Origin: Amoebophrya sp. A120
Taxonomy: Eukaryota; Protista; Dinoflagellata
Direction of reading: 5' to 3'
NCBI GenBank assembly: GCA_905178155.1
Contig: CAJINV010000009.1
Span: 558,001 to 622,000, forward strand
DNA: 64,000 bases
The position numbers and the translations under genes were made by a program. The notes under the pieces were generated by a model that saw nothing but the letters and a program-made list of their open reading frames with translations, did not search any database and was not told the DNA's origin. Positions 23,544 through 38,497 of the stretch are shown piece by piece; position 1 is the stretch's first letter; the number at the start of each line of letters is the position of its first letter.

Positions 23544-26500
23544 GCCCCTCCGGGGACAACAAAGTGTGGCGCACAGCGTCGAACCGCACGTCTGTGACCC
23601 TCCGGTGGGTAACCGTCAGTCGTGGTGACATTGGCGGTAACGTGGAAATCTTCGACAGCAAGGAGTCTTGGGGATTTCAGGTTTATGTGTCCGATGAGTT
23701 CAATGCGACAAAGTGGATGGCGTGCGACTACTACGGGGAGGGGAACGACAGAACCACCTGCGTTACCCCTTACACCCATCCTCTCACTTGCGGAATCATC
23801 TACAACTTCTGGATCGGGATAAGGTCCATTGTAGGCCTTTCCATCCTGCCTGTGCAGCCGCACCTGTCCTTCCGGCTGACAGTGCCGCCAAGTGAGCCCC
23901 GCAACCTCCGCGTGATCACGACTTCCATGCGCACGATCAAGATCGCCTGGGACATTCCCTCCACTCCGGGTTGTGAGAAGCTGTTCCAATACCGCATCAA
24001 GCGGCTTCCCCACAACCACGCTTCGACCGACCCATCGTTCCAAGTCGTGGCGAAATCGCTGACCGCGGACCAGGTAACGGACCAGAACGCGTTAGCGCCG
24101 CCCCAGGAGTACACCGACAACGGCGCTTGCGGGACGAGTCAGGGGTGCAGTTGTTCGGATGATCCGCTGGAAAATCACTGCTTCATCCCCGGAAGGATGT
24201 ACCAGTACCGAGTGGAAGCACGTGGCGCGGTTTTGGACGACACGGGCGGGCAGTTCGACGGGCCAGCCGGGTATTCCGTCTCTTCCAACACGATCACAAC
24301 GTACGCAGCGAACCGCCCGTCGGCTCTGGGCAGCCCGCCGCAATGGACGTTCTCGAATCGCACGACGATCATCATCCGGTGGCAGGGGCTCACGGTGGAC
24401 AACATTTTGAACTTTTTGCCCGTCACGAGCTACAGCCTGTACATGGCGTCGGGAATCGCCGATCCCTTCGTCTTCCAAGGGAATTACACCGGCACCGAGG
24501 CGGTTATCCACGGACTATCTGGCGGGGGTACGTACCGCTTCTATGTGAAGGGTGTGAACGCGCTCGGCGAGGGAGATCCGTCAGCGGAAGCTTGTATCCT
24601 GGCTTCCGACCGGCCAGAGCCGCCGCTCGAGCCGACCGTCACCACCCCCGGGATTACGAATACGTTCAAATACTATCCATATCTCTCCGCAACCGCGACG
24701 GTCCGAGACATTCGGTTCCGGTTCACCACCATTTACGACGGAACCGTGCACGCCTTTGTGGTTTCGAAGCAGACGGAAATCGATTATGACCTCCCCCCAC
24801 TAATCCGCGAAGACACGTTGGGAACGCAGGATCAGTTCGGGCTCGGCGGCAAATTTTGCCGGATCAAGTACCAATCCGTGCAAGCGAATGTGGAGGAGGA
24901 ACTGCATCTCGGTCGAACCTTGGACGCCGATGGTTGCCTGCTCGAGTACGGGCAGGGCTACCACGCGTTCATCTACCTGACCAGCGATATCGTGGATCTG
25001 ACCCTCGGTACACAGCCACCGCCGAACAAACTTGGGACGGTCATGCGTGTGGCGTTCACCGTGCTCGACGGCAAATCCAACGCGTTTGCGTTGAATCCAC
25101 GGATCTCGGGGGATATGACTACGAGTGGCGCAACGCTAGAATTCCAGCCCCTCGGGAGCGGGTTCGCGTGGGCGGCGGTGTACCCGGCGTCGCAGCTGGT
25201 CTCGCTCGCGGATGTGAAGAATCCCGATCCCGGCACCGTTCGCGGCTCCTCCGCTTGCCGGTACAACAAGAAGCCGATCTCCCCCAGAATCATGTCGTGG
25301 CCGTTCGCGGACTGCGGGCTGGAGGAGCGTCAGGAGTTCAAAATCTACCTCTACGCGTCCGGAATCGGCGGGCACGACGACGGGACGCTGGCGGAGATTT
25401 CGTCGCAGGCGAAAGCGACCTCGAACAGCTACTTGAACCTGCCCGCCTTCATCGGCACCGCTTTTGGGTACGGCGTCAACATTGAGTTCACGCCTGCGAA
25501 CTCCGGCTTCGTCTGGTTGCAAGCCGTGGCGGACCCCAATGTCGTGTCCACGCAAGTGATCAAATACGAGCCGAATTCTACGTTTTTCTCGGCAGCGAAC
25601 AATATGAACGGCTACCAGTACGTCGGTTTCGGCGACCCGACGCAGTGCGCCGTGTTCAACCAGGCGGTCACGGCCAATACGAGGGTGGTGATCCAGTTGA
25701 AGAATTGCAAGTTTTTTTCCGGCCCGCTCTACTACGTGTACGCGTACGTGCAAACCCCGTTCGACGAGATTCCAAACCCGGCTCCGGGCATCATCCAGTC
25801 TGCCGACGGCACGATGGCCGCGCCGGTCAGCTTCTACGTTCCGCTTTCGAACGAGTACCGCTTGGTTCCGCGTGTTTCCCAGACCAGCATCACCGGTGAC
25901 GGGTTCAGTTACGACGTGCAGAGTTATGTGACCGGATTCCTGTGGTCCATCGTTGTCCGCTACGTGGATCGGAGCTACTACATCACGCCCGCGACGATTG
26001 CGTCCTTGAAAAACCGGTTTCTGGGCGTTGGCGGCACCAGAAACGTCACCCGGAACTGTGCCCAGAACGAGGTGCCAATCACCGGCGGGCAATCTTACAG
26101 CTTCAACTTGATCGGGTGCGAGTTTGCGCCCGGGGCGACTTACAGTCTTGTCGTGTACGTGGAAAACGTGAACAAGTACGGGGACGGGCAGCTGTCCGAG
26201 CCGCAGGATTTGCAGGTCCCCTTGACCAACTGGTTTTACGAGTCGCCGACTCTCGTCGCCAAGGCGGAGTCAAATTTGCTGCAAGTAAGTTTTGTCCCCG
26301 CGGCCTCTGGCAGGATTTGGTCGATAATCACTCCGAGGATGTCGCTGCTCACAGCGGACGGGGTGCAGATGGGCGCAAACTACCTCGCGGAGTCGCAGGG
26401 TTTGGATGTGCCGATGGAGAATTTGGAAGCGTTTTACAACGTTTTGTCCTACAAGGGGTTGAACATTTTAGACTTCGCGACTTCTCCGGTGAAGCCCTTC

Positions 26501-29500
26501 GACGTGAAGACGAAAAACTTGAAATTCGCGATCGCCGGGAGCTCCGGCACTGCAGTCACCAACACGACAGAGGACACGGAAGACAACGACTACCTGGCGT
26601 ACTACGAACTCGTGAAAATGCAGCAGCAGGCCAGTGCGAATGGTACGGCCATGAACATCACCACCGAGTTCTCGCCATTCAGAACGTGTTGGGTCAACGG
26701 CTTGGTGGTTACCAGAACCGCGACAAACTACCAATCGCCTGTCTCCATGTCGATCCGGGACTGCGGACTCGCCTATTCCACTGTGTATGAGCTTTGGATG
26801 TACGCAGAGAACATGGACGACACCACGGACGGCTTTCTCTACCGTCTGAGCTTCCGCACGATGCCGAGCAACGAGCTGGTGCAGGTTTTCAACCGCCAGC
26901 AGATCATCACGGGCTACGTGCAGAACACGAGACTAGCGCCCGTCACGGAGCAGGCCTACAGGGATTGGGAGGAGACGAATTTAGTCGACACGTTTGGCGT
27001 GAACCGAACTGGGAACGAATCCACGGTCGATGGAACCTATTTCGGTGGCGTCGTGAATTCCACTCCGGGCCCACCGGAGAATTTCACCTACGTGTGCATG
27101 CAGTTCAACCGGACGGACGACTACAGCATGGCGGAAGTTTCCGTGACGGAGACAGAAAGTGGAACTGGTCTGATTACGAAACTGAAGTTGCTCACTACTG
27201 ACTTGCAGTTGGGGCAGTACGTCGACTCGAGTGCAATTGTCTCCGCGGATCAGCCACTTACGACGATCGGGGAGTACGAGTACGTGAACACGACGAAATT
27301 CTGCGCAAATTTCACGCCCCCGATCTTCGAATACTTCCGGCCGCAGGTGTTCCAAGACCCGATTTACGGCACGACGGGAACGACAACAGGCGACGCGCTG
27401 CTTTCCGACGACACAAACTACGTGGGTGTCGACCGAAACAGTCAGTTCGGGTTGGACGTCAGCTTGAAGCCGGCCATGAACGGAAAACTGTGGGCGTTTG
27501 TGGTCGGCGAGGGGAACTTCACCAGGGTGACGAGAGGCACCATGAAGTCCGGGACGTATTCCTCGACAACCTATGACTTAGGGTATGAAGTTTCGCAGTA
27601 CATCAATTCTGCGGACTGCAAGAAGCTCGGGATTCCGATCACGGCAAATCCCGACCCGGCGAATTTCACGACAGTGAGACTGACCAATTGCCGGATGAAC
27701 ACTGTTTGGCTTAACATTCCCTACGATTACCGGCTGGTCCTGTACATGGAGAATGACCAGGGCAACAACGACGGCATTTTCTGGTTCTCACAGTTCCGCG
27801 CACTGATGCGCACACCGACCGCACGGTTCAATCGGGAGCGTTTCATCCACCTAGCGGAGACTCCAGGGCAGCAGATGATCACCTTCAAGTATCAGCACTT
27901 GAACCGTCTGCAGGAGTACGCGCGACTGTCCCAAGTGCCGAACAAGTTCTCCTTCTGGGAACAAAAACGCCCCTTCCAGGTCGGTAACCAGTGCCACAAA
28001 GCGGCGTTCCGCGAGAAGATCCCGCAGCCGCAGACGGACCAAATCATCGAGTTGAACGACTGCCGCATCCCGGTCGACACGCACATGCAGTTTTTCATCT
28101 ACCTGGAAGCGTGGGACGATCCGACCTACGGCGGGTGGGCGACGCAGGCGTTCGATGTCGTGGTCGCGAGCCGGAAGTCCATCGGTTTCGGCATGTCGCC
28201 CTTCCTGGGAAGGATGGACGTGTTTGGAACGTCGTTCGTCGATGGCAGTGGCGCGGTGAGCACGGACGGTTTCCAGGTTTCCTTCCGGACCAAGGATCGC
28301 ACTGGCTACTACTGGATCAACGTGATCAACCACGTGATTGGCGATCAGGCCTTGCCCTATGACCAGTTTCTCCGCGGATTCTACGGGGACAGGTACGGGG
28401 TCTTGATTGACGACATCACGGCTGGAACCTACGCGCTGGGTGCGGCCACGTGCAAGCGCTTCGAGCAGTTCACGCGGAACGACGCGATTGAGGTGGTGGA
28501 TCTGGAGGGGTGTAACCTCACACCGGGGGAGCTCTACTACGTGTTCGTCTACATTCGGGCCGGCGCCACGGGGAGTGCGGACACGTTGGAGGGTTACGTT
28601 GGTCAGAGGATCCCGATCCGAATCCCGGTCACCAACAGCTTTGAAATCCCCGCGTCCATGGAGTGGTATAATGACCACCCAGCGTATCAAATTTTGTCCC
28701 CGTCAAACCCGTACATCACCGAGTCCGCGACCGGGGACGGGTTAAAGTTCGCGGCCAACGTGACCGCGAACGGCTTCATGTGGGCTGTTGTGACCACGCC
28801 GGAATTGGCGGCGAATGTGACCATCTACAAAGTGGACGACGTCAAGCGGAACTACATCGGCCTCGGGTCGAGCATTTTCTGTACCGTCACCCGGTATCCG
28901 GTGAACACGGCCACAAACCCGCACGAGTTCACCTTGAGCAAATGCGACCTGCTCTCTGAACAGACCTACGCGCTGATCGCCTACGTCACGGACTTCACCG
29001 AAAAGGGCGGGGGTTTGTCTCGTGCGATCAGTTTCAAAGTCCCAGTCACCAACTACTTCACGATCTACCCGGCGATCGCGGCCACGGTGGACGACGTGCA
29101 GCGTCGCGCGGTTGGCTACTTTTACGATGAGCAGATCAACAACGCGTTCCAGATCTACTACCCGAACCAGGTCGCGACGATGGAGCAAGATTTGCAGTTG
29201 GGGTACCAGATCAAAGCCGCGAGAGCAGTGGTCACGACGAACCAGCGCTTCACGTTTCTGTTTGAACCCAAGTTCAACGGGGTGATGTGGGCGAGGTTGT
29301 ACGACCAGTATTTGGCTTTCACCCCGACCATTCGGGATGTGCAGTTGGGCAACCTTGTACCGGTCGGGAACCAGCAGAGCTGTGCGTTGAATGCACAGAC
29401 AGTGGGGAACTCTCTGACAAAGTTCCACTTCTCTGATTGCCGGATGTTCTGGAAGACCCCCTACACACTCTGGGTGTATCTCGAGGATATGAGAGGAAAT

Positions 29501-31622
29501 CGCGACGGTTCGAAAACGGAGGCGATCAACGTGACCACGCCCGCGAGCAACGACTTCATCGACTCGCCGGCGTTGACTGCGCGGGCGGTTTCGGACACGG
29601 TGAGCATCAGGTTCTCTGCGGAGAAAAAGGGTGTCTACTGGTGTCAGGTCACCGAAGAGAAGGATTCGCCATTGATGGACGACTTCAGGCTGAAAAGAGT
29701 CACCGACGTGCTCGTTGGCAACCCGAACACCTGCGCGAAGTTCGCGCAACAGGTTCCCGCACAGACCATGGTCTCCTGCGTTTTGACGGGGTGCAATTTC
29801 AACGCCGAGAAGTTGTACACGGGCTTCATCTACCTCGAGGATGAATTTGGTGGGGGCGACTCTACGACGGGGACATTCCAATCGGTGCCGATCACGCTGT
29901 CCGTCAGCAACAGTTTTGCAAAGAACCCAACGCTAACTGCCGGTGTGGAACCAACGAGAGACGGACTGCAGGTCGACTTGCTTCCCTCAGGCGCGAGTGG
30001 GAACTTGTGGGGCATGTTTGTGCGCGCCGCGGTGGCAGAGTTCGTCACAAGAGATTCTTTACTGCAGTTTGTGAACGCGCAGGGCACCACCACCTGTCGT
30101 GCGGAGCAGTTGCCGCTGACCAGTAACACGGTCGTTACGAGACTTGCGTTCTCCGGTTGCTCCTTCTCTTTTGCGGAGTCGTATCGTGGCTGCTTCTACG
30201 TCGAAGGGCCTGGGTTGAACCGTGATGGTGTGCTGTCGACCTCGCTGTCCTTCGCCTTGACAACCTCGAACGCCTTCTCTATCGCGCCCACGGTTTTGTC
30301 GAACCGAGGACGGTTATCTGTCGACCAGCTTCAGATTCGTTTCCGAACGCAGAACCCGGGGAAGTTCTGGCTGAAGATCTTCTACGGCAACAATGCGAAA
30401 GCGGACGTGCGGATCATGAAAAGAGAGGAGGACGTGTTGTATTCGCCAAATGTCGTGAAGCGTGCGACGACGCGGCAGCCGTCGGTCGCGGAATTGGCAG
30501 CGATTGACACGAAACTAGAGGAAAACGCAATTTTGGAGGCGCCGTGCCGTTTCTTGAATCAGGACATCGACAACAACCTTCCCATGTACATCCTGCAAGA
30601 CTGCCTGCTTTGGTACGAGACCAGCTACATGATCTTCGCCTACATTGAAGACTCCGGCGGCAACAACGACGGGCGGATTTCCACTCCGATCCCCTTTTCC
30701 GTCTCCTTCTCGAACAGTTTTGTCTCGGTGCCAGCGTTAACCAGGACCCCTTTCGAAAACTTCGTGGAGTTGAAATTCACACCGCTAAATTCCGGCGTCG
30801 CTTTCGCTTCGATCGTCGAGGAGTACTTGATTCCGCAGCTGTCCCCGGAAAATATTCAAACGGCGGGGAATTGCCGACTCCCAACCACTGCGGTTTTGTT
30901 CAACCGCGTCGAGACCCTGCGGTTTGAGGGCTGCAACCTGCTCCCCGCCATGGTGTACGGTGCGTTCGTTTACATTGAAGGATCACGCACTTTCAACGAT
31001 GGGCAGGTGTCCGCCGTGGATTTCGAACTTCCTCTGGCGAATGACTTGCTCTTGTCCCCGCCCGAGATCACGAACCTCGATGCTGACGGGTTCACGCTGG
31101 TGTTCGTGCCGACATTAGATGGCGTTGCCAAAGTCGTGATTTTGCCGAAGACGGGCGTGTCAAGCCAAGAGATCGCGATGATCGAGTCGTCGAACCGCAA
31201 TACCGCCGTGGCGCAGCTGCAGGTTGCGGAGGAGAACATTGTACAGCGGAGGTGCATCCTGAGCAACATCAAAGTGCAGAAGTACACCAGGACGTCGCTC
31301 CAGTTCGCGAACACGATTAACGGAAACCGCGTTTCCATGGCAATCGGGAAGGCGACGAAGACCCCGTATGCGCAGATGAAGGAAACTTGCAAGGGGGAGA
31401 TCACCTACGAAAACGGTTTGCCCTTTGTGAGCCACGATTTCCTGCAGCCCGCGTCGGAGTACACGATGTTCATGTACCTCGACGGGCCGGTTGCTGCGGG
31501 GAGCGGCACCCTGGTGCGCGTGGACCAGAAGCTGCTACCGGCGAACAAGCTCCAGGGGCCGCCGGTCATCTACGAGCAGTCCAGCGCGGGGCAGAACACG
31601 GTGAACATCACGGACATCGCGA
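23544..31622 (+). CDS. Exon 7 of giant protein (FN3 then two-Cys repeat array)
   Basis: ORF 23468..38422, first part. Confidence 0.9.
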
Positions 31623-31623
31623 A

Positions 31624-31738
31624 TATCCAGGAAAAAACACCCATCCACATCCAATTTGAATTTGTCATGCAAAACATACATAAAATTCTGTGCTTGTCAT
31701 GCAAAAAATGGATGTGGATGGGTTTTTTTCTGCGGATA
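31624..31738. mobile_element. Introner/MITE-like intron, TIR family C (in frame, stop-free)
   Basis: TATCCAGGAAAAAACACCCATCCACATCCA...TGGATGTGGATGGGTTTTTTTCTGCGGATA; perfect TSD GCGAA; closely similar to 38388-38496. Confidence 0.9.
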
Positions 31739-31739
31739 G

Positions 31740-34700
31740 CGAAAATCACCTCGACGGGCTTCGCGTTTGAGTTTGAAACGACGAGGTCGGGACGATTTTG
31801 GTTTCGAGTGTTCGAAGAGCGCGATCCGGTGTTTGACCTGTTCGAGCGGGACTTGCTTTCCCGACTGGGGCACACGAGGTCCAGCTTGATGAAGGAAACC
31901 ACTGCAGCCGAGACGTACGGTTGCAAACTGGCGCCAACGCTGGACACGACAATAAAGTCCGACGACGCGAATGCCGGCCTGCTCAACAGTATGAGGGGGG
32001 AGACGCTGATCAAGCGGGAAATCACGAATTGCGCGCTCACACCGGGCGTCGTCTACTACTTCGCACTGTATATCGAAGACGACGGGAGTTCCGGCGCGGT
32101 CGGCGTGGTGTCCACGTCGGTTCGCATCGTGGTCGAACCGACGAACTACTTCTCGATCGTGCCCAGGATCGTCGACGGCACGATCGCGGATCTGCAGTTC
32201 GCAGCGACCCGGGACGGCTTGGCTTTTGTGCGACTCGTTCCTTTCCAGCAGGTTTCCTCCGTCACACCGGAGTCCATTGTGGCGTACGCGGCTAACTCTA
32301 TGGGCGAGGACGTGTCGATCGAAGTCCTCACAACTTCGACGACCTCCACCACTGTAGTTTTCGCCGCCACAACGACGACCGCCACACCAGCTGACGCGAA
32401 TGACACCAACGCCACGGACGACACTGGTGCCACTTCCTCTAACGAAACCAACGGCACTGACAGCCTTAATGCCACGAACGGAACCGCGAACGCGAGTGCA
32501 GTTCAAACCGCGTACAACCTATCGGCGCCCATCCCCGTGACCAATCAAACCGCACTGCAGTGCTGCGGCGAGTTCCTTGCAGACATGCAGGCGAATTCAG
32601 TGTACGAGTACAAGTTCTCCGAGCGGGTACGCTCGGAGTTGATCGCTGGCGAGACGTACCGCATTTGCGTCTACGTTGTTGACAAGAACGAGCCCGGGAT
32701 CGGTTTGTTGACGTGCGCGATCTCGATTTTGGTCCCTCTGTCCAAGTACATTTTGACGGCGGTCCCCAGACTGCCTTCCTTCACGGTGGACGGTCTCCTC
32801 GTCGACTTCACTCTGAAAGAGGATCCCTTCGATTCCTCCCGGGCAAAGGCCAACGTGTGGCTTGCGGTAGTGGAGTCGGCTTTCGTCGCCACGGCGGACA
32901 AGCAGGAGATTATCACGAGGATTTCCGCGGAGTACAGAAATCCAACGCTGGCGTCGGTGGAGACGAGCTCGCGGGCAATGATTTCAGTGTTGGCCACGAC
33001 CCCGGACGACAACTACGGCTTTCTCCCCGTCTCCAACGCGACCCAGTGTGTGGAGTTCCGGCCGGAAATCGCGGCGCTCGTTCCAACGGTGGTTCGGTTG
33101 TCGAACTGCCGGCTGAATCCTATGAAGCTCTACACCGTCTTTGTCTACGCCGAGGACACGACTTCCACTCGCGCGGGTGACGGTGCGTTAGCCACAGTGC
33201 AACTACCTAAAGTCCCGGCGAACCGCCATCCGGAGTTCGCGAAGGACGCGAAATTGCAGGGCAACGCGATTCCCAATCGAGTCACGGTGGCGTTTGAAAC
33301 GAGCGAGCCGGGGGCTGCGTCGCTCTTCTTGTACGACGAGAAAAAGGTGGACGACAAGCTGGTGTCCGTGTGCCCGGCGGTGGAGCGGAGTCCCATATCT
33401 TCGCAGAACACAGAGGAGCGGCTCTCAATACAGAATTGCAACTTGGACAAAGGGAAAAAGATCGACGCGGTGGTGCGCTTGGAGCCGGTGCACGCGCCAA
33501 CCGGGATTTTTCAGAAGATTTCCAGCCCCTTTTTGGTGCAGAAAAAAGCCAACTTTTTCAACCAGCCGCTACTCCTGATGGAGACAGCGCAGAACCTGGA
33601 CATCCTCCGGGACGAGGCGAGCAACTTTGACCGGCACGGGCTAGACAATTTGGACTACTTGGAGCGCGCGTGGTCCGCAAACCTGCCACAAGAGTACCCA
33701 TTCGATTTCGGTGGCATGTCCATCTATGCGTTATCGAACCAAACCCAGACCTCGCCAGAGTACATGTGGGGGCTCCTGGTCCCAGCTGCGACGACCGGCG
33801 ACGAGTTGACTCTTCTGATCCAGTCCTTTGCAAAAGAGGTAGCGGAGGGGAAAGTGAGCTTCGTGCATCCGTTTTCTGGTAGAAAAATGACTAGCGGTGG
33901 TAGTGCTCCTTCCTCCAGCACGGCAACTGCTGCGTACTCAGCGTCATCTTCCGAGGACATGATCCAGATAGAGGTCAGCTCGGAGCCCGATGCTTCAGAG
34001 GACGTCGTCGAGTCTTACCGCGAAATCACGCAAGAAGGATCTGATGTCTCGGTCGAGGGTGCCACAGAGCCGGCGTTCTCTGTTCTCGATTCCGGGAAGG
34101 GCTGCATCGTCCGACAGCGAGTCGTCCACGCTTTCACGGAACAGAAAATCCCTCTTCCGGCGACTTGCGACCTGCTGTACCAATCGCCAGAAACGTGGAA
34201 AGCGTATGTCTACGCTGAAGATTTCGAGGACGCAAAGTTTCCGGACGGAAGTCTGGCCGAGGCGGTGGTGGTCAATCCAGTAAGCTTGAACGTATCAATG
34301 ACCGGAGTTTCATCTTCGTCTGATCCAGACTCCGACGGTGCTTCTGCGGTCGTTCTTTCCCGCTCCGATTTCCCTTCGGAGCAAGAAATCAATCGCTTCT
34401 TCCAGCTTCCCACGCTGGCCGCCATTGACTTGGAAGCGGGTTGGATCGACGTGACGCTCAACACGACACGGGGCGGATCAGTTAGGATCGTTGTGGAAGA
34501 AGTTTTGGTCTTGAACACCAGCAGCAGTGCGGTGAACAGCAGTGCTAGTAGTTCTACTGGAAATACTACTTCCTCAGGCACAGGCAACTCCGAAAGTAAC
34601 TCGTTCACCCTGACTCCGACGACCATTTACGCCCCGGGTCTGAACTTGACTAACACGAGCTCGGTGGTTTGCTTTGCGGACAAAACGATCATCACGAGCT

Positions 34701-37700
34701 TCTACATACGACTGCGGCTCGAGGGTTGCAATTGGAAGTACAGCTCGGCATACCAACTGAAAATGTACTTGGCGAATGTGCCGGAGCAGAAATTTGTGGA
34801 AGGAAAAGCTCCAGACTTCTCGCACGATTTCACCACCGCGGGCAGTAAGGCGATCGTTGATGGTACCGAGCCGACTGTGAGCTACAGCGTCCAGAACAAG
34901 ACAGTGAGCTTGGAAAAAATTCAATTCGACAACGATCTGGGGACGACAGATTTGTTCGTGTTAATCACGGAGCACGGTGCAGCTCTTTCTTCGACAAGAA
35001 TGATCCCGGCTGCTACTGTAACCAGTGAATTACCAGTGAGGCAAATCATGATTCAGGAATTTAAGAATTTCGCGTTGACCAACTTTGACGATTTGTCAGC
35101 AGCAGTAAATGGGACACACGTCGGGAGTTCGAACGCCAGTCTGGCGGCCGGGGCTCCTTCTCTTCCAAGCCTGTCACTGACGTCGCCGAAGCCAGAAACT
35201 AGCCCTGTCAACTACAAGGTCATTTGTGGAGGATACTACACCAAGTTCGCCACGGGCGCTGCCGCGGCTGGAGCGATGTCGGGCAGCGGTTCCGGCCTGT
35301 CGATTGAAAACTGCGACTTGAAGCCCGACACTGAGTACGTGCTCACGTACTACGTGGAGAGAAGCGGCGTTGAACTGTCAGGCACAACCTACGAGGACAC
35401 AATCAAGATTGTGCCGACAAACGTGCACAGCAGGATGCCGCAACTGTCCGGCACACCGACACTGGACGTCGGGATTCCCGTTGAGTTCAATTTTCTCGCC
35501 GGCAGTGCGATTTTAACCCAAGCGGTTATCGAGAGGCTAGACAACGGTGCAACTTGCTCGCTGCGGAACCCACGAAACGTGACCAGTATGCTGTTGGAGG
35601 AGCAGGTGGTCACACAGGTTGGCGGTGGCATGGGGACGTACAGTAGTAGCAGCGCCGGTGCAGGAGCGTATGGATCGAATTCAGGTAGTTCCTCTTCGCA
35701 CAGCGGCCATGCGATGGCCGCCTCCTCCTACCGTCGCCAGCTGCAACAGCGCTACGCGATCGGCCCCAAGGAGCGCGCGTCCGGTGTAGATTTGACCCGC
35801 GGCAACTCTTTCGCGTCGAACGCAAACACGTGCCAACCGGATGCAAACCGGGCCTGCGGGGACTACGTGGCCAGTAGGTACTTCGAGGAGGAAGACGAGC
35901 AGACGAAAAGGAGAGTGATCCGAGCCAACGGGATCCCGAACCACCGGTACCACGTCGGCAGAGTGACGGTGAATCCGAATCAGGTCTGCGAACAGGGACG
36001 GGAATTCTCGTTGCCTTTGAACCCGGTGAAGCAGGCAAGCATGACCGAAACCAATATGGGGATCATCGGGATTCTGAAGACGGGCGCTTTCCTCTACAAC
36101 CACCTTTCAACCCCAAATGGAGAAAACGATGTGGCTGTGGTGATGGAAAAAGATTCTCTGGACACCTGTGGCGGTCACGCGGACCCGACTTGCAGCTACC
36201 ACTTGCACGAAGTGAAGAAAACGGATAGCTGCAGCTACGATTGCAGCAACGAAGACTGTCAGCTGATCGGGTACTTGCTTGATGGGTTTCCGCTGTACAG
36301 TAGCTGCAAAGGGTTACAGTCTTGCTACCAGCTGAAGAGCAACAGCGCGACGGCCGATGGAATATCGGGCGACGACACGAGCGACTACGAGTTTGTAAAA
36401 ACTGCGAGCTGCGACTTGGATGAAGCGAACGGATATGACTTTACGGGAAAAGAAATCCTGGATAACACAGGCAAAATGATGACTGGGTACGCCTATGTCG
36501 CGACCGACGCCTACCCGTATGTCATGCCCAAGTTCGCTGGCTACGTCGACACGGCGCTTAACCTCCGCACTATCGACGAGCCGGCCACGATCCCGCTAAA
36601 TCACGAAAACTGCCACGACACGCAGCAGTTTGGCGTTAGTGCTATGCGACCCATGAGCGAAGTGACCGGGGAAGTAGGAATCGCGCCAATTCTGCAGCAA
36701 GACTTGGACATCCAGGAGAAGGGATCCGATGTCGCGAAAGTGGTCGGCACAATGCAGGAACCCGCGATCGCAGACGAGCACAGCAGGATGCGCAGCAGCA
36801 CGGAACTTGTGTACCGGTACTCCGCTGCTTTTCCTCTCTCGGACTTCGATTGCGGCCTCGACTTCTTCACTGAGGTCATGATCTCCAGCAGCGGCAACTC
36901 TTCTGCGTCAGCAGTGCAGACGTACCGGGAATTTGCCATGAAATTCTACGTTGAAGAGTATCTCCCTGCGGAAACCTCCACGGGGGGCGTTGCTCCGACG
37001 CCGACAGACGCGCTGCACTTCTCTGCATCTACTGGCCACTCGACGAAATCCTACGGTGGGCAGTGGTCCTCGCCGTTTTTGGTCGTCTTCAACCCCCAGA
37101 CCGGCCCGGCGTTCGCGAGAAACCCCGTGCTGCTCGACGCCGGGAACTTCATCGCCAAGAACAAGGTCGGGGTGCAGTTTTCCGTGAGGACTTACGGGCA
37201 TGCGAGCGTGTTTCTGGTGCCGAAGTCGAAGACCGTCGTTTTGTCCGAGCATGGAAGTGTGGACTTGACTGCGACAGACGTTGCGACGCAGGAGCTGATG
37301 AGTTTGTACAACGTGTCCTTCACAACTGCGGACGAGCTGAATGTGTACGCCTCCGCGAGTGAGACGGTGCCGAAAGATGCTGCTGCCGCTGCAGGAGCAG
37401 CAGTACCTGGAAACAACTCCACCGCAGCGTCCCAGAGTCCGAGCCGTCACTTGCTTCCGATCCAACTTCGGCAAATGCTAAGTCTGGAAGGGATTTGCGA
37501 GGACACGGAGCGGCCGGTCTTCGCGAACGTTCTGTACACGGTGCTACTGATGAACTGTGATATCAAGTCTGGCGTCGAGTACATGCTGTTTGTGTACTTG
37601 GAAACGAAAACAACCGTGGCAGCGACAAGCGCAGCATCAACTTCAAGTTCTACCGCTCGACAGCTTGCAGGAGCGCCAGGCCTCGCATCATCTTCGTCGT

Positions 37701-38386
37701 ACCTCGACTACTACTTGCAACGCAGGATACTGCAGGACAGCGGTGGTACAGCGGATTCCAACTCTACCGCGTCAGACGGAGACACTACAACAGTCACCGC
37801 GTCTTTGATGTCTGGTGGATTATCGGTAAACCCGTTTTTCAGCAACGACTTTCTCGTTACGCCGCATTTGTGGCAGACGCCGAGACCAAACTACGTTTGG
37901 ATGATGCTGGAGCCCGCACGAAAGATCGGCAGAATGTGGCTGCTGATCGTGCCGAAAAAGCGCATTGGCGGTTCCTACTCCGCGCGGAATTTGACGCACG
38001 ACGAGTCCTTCGGGGAGGTGGTGGTAGATGTGTTGGTTTCGGGTTCCTCAAGTGCAACAGGTGCAGCAGCGAATTCAAATTCTTCCATGCAAGACGACGA
38101 GGCGGTGTCCGTGGAAAAGCAAACTTTTCTCTTGAACCGGGAAAGTGTCAAGCAGCTGCTGGCGAACATGGTTTCGATCTCCGATCCGGTGTATGTTTCG
38201 CAGCAAATGGAGTACGAGAATTTCGACCTCGATATTCCGACGGCGAGGAAAGAAATCTTCTACTCTACGAACGCAGACTTAAACATCACGACGAGTGTGG
38301 GCGGGGGCGATGGTGGAGCAACTACATCTTCAAGCGCTACTTCGATGCAGCTCTTGCCCATGTGCGGTCTCGCCAACGTGGAGGTT
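31740..38386 (+). CDS. Exon 8 of giant protein (repeat array, Ser/Thr-rich linkers, YHYH-like domain ~35840-36550)
   Basis: ORF 23468..38422, second part; NGIPNH...GHADPTCSYHLH...GYLLDGFPLY...CDLDEANG. Confidence 0.9.
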
Positions 38387-38387
38387 G

Positions 38388-38496
38388 TATCCACAGAAAA
38401 AAACCCATCCACATCCAATTAGTGATGCAAAACACGTATCAAATCATGTGTTTGTCATGCAAAAAATGGATGTGGATGGGTTTTTTTCTGTGGATA
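38388..38496. mobile_element. Introner/MITE-like intron, TIR family C
   Basis: TIR TATCCACAGAAAAAAACCCATCCACATCCA perfect at both ends; perfect TSD GGTTG; GT-AG intron 38387-38497. Confidence 0.93.
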
Positions 38497-38497
38497 G

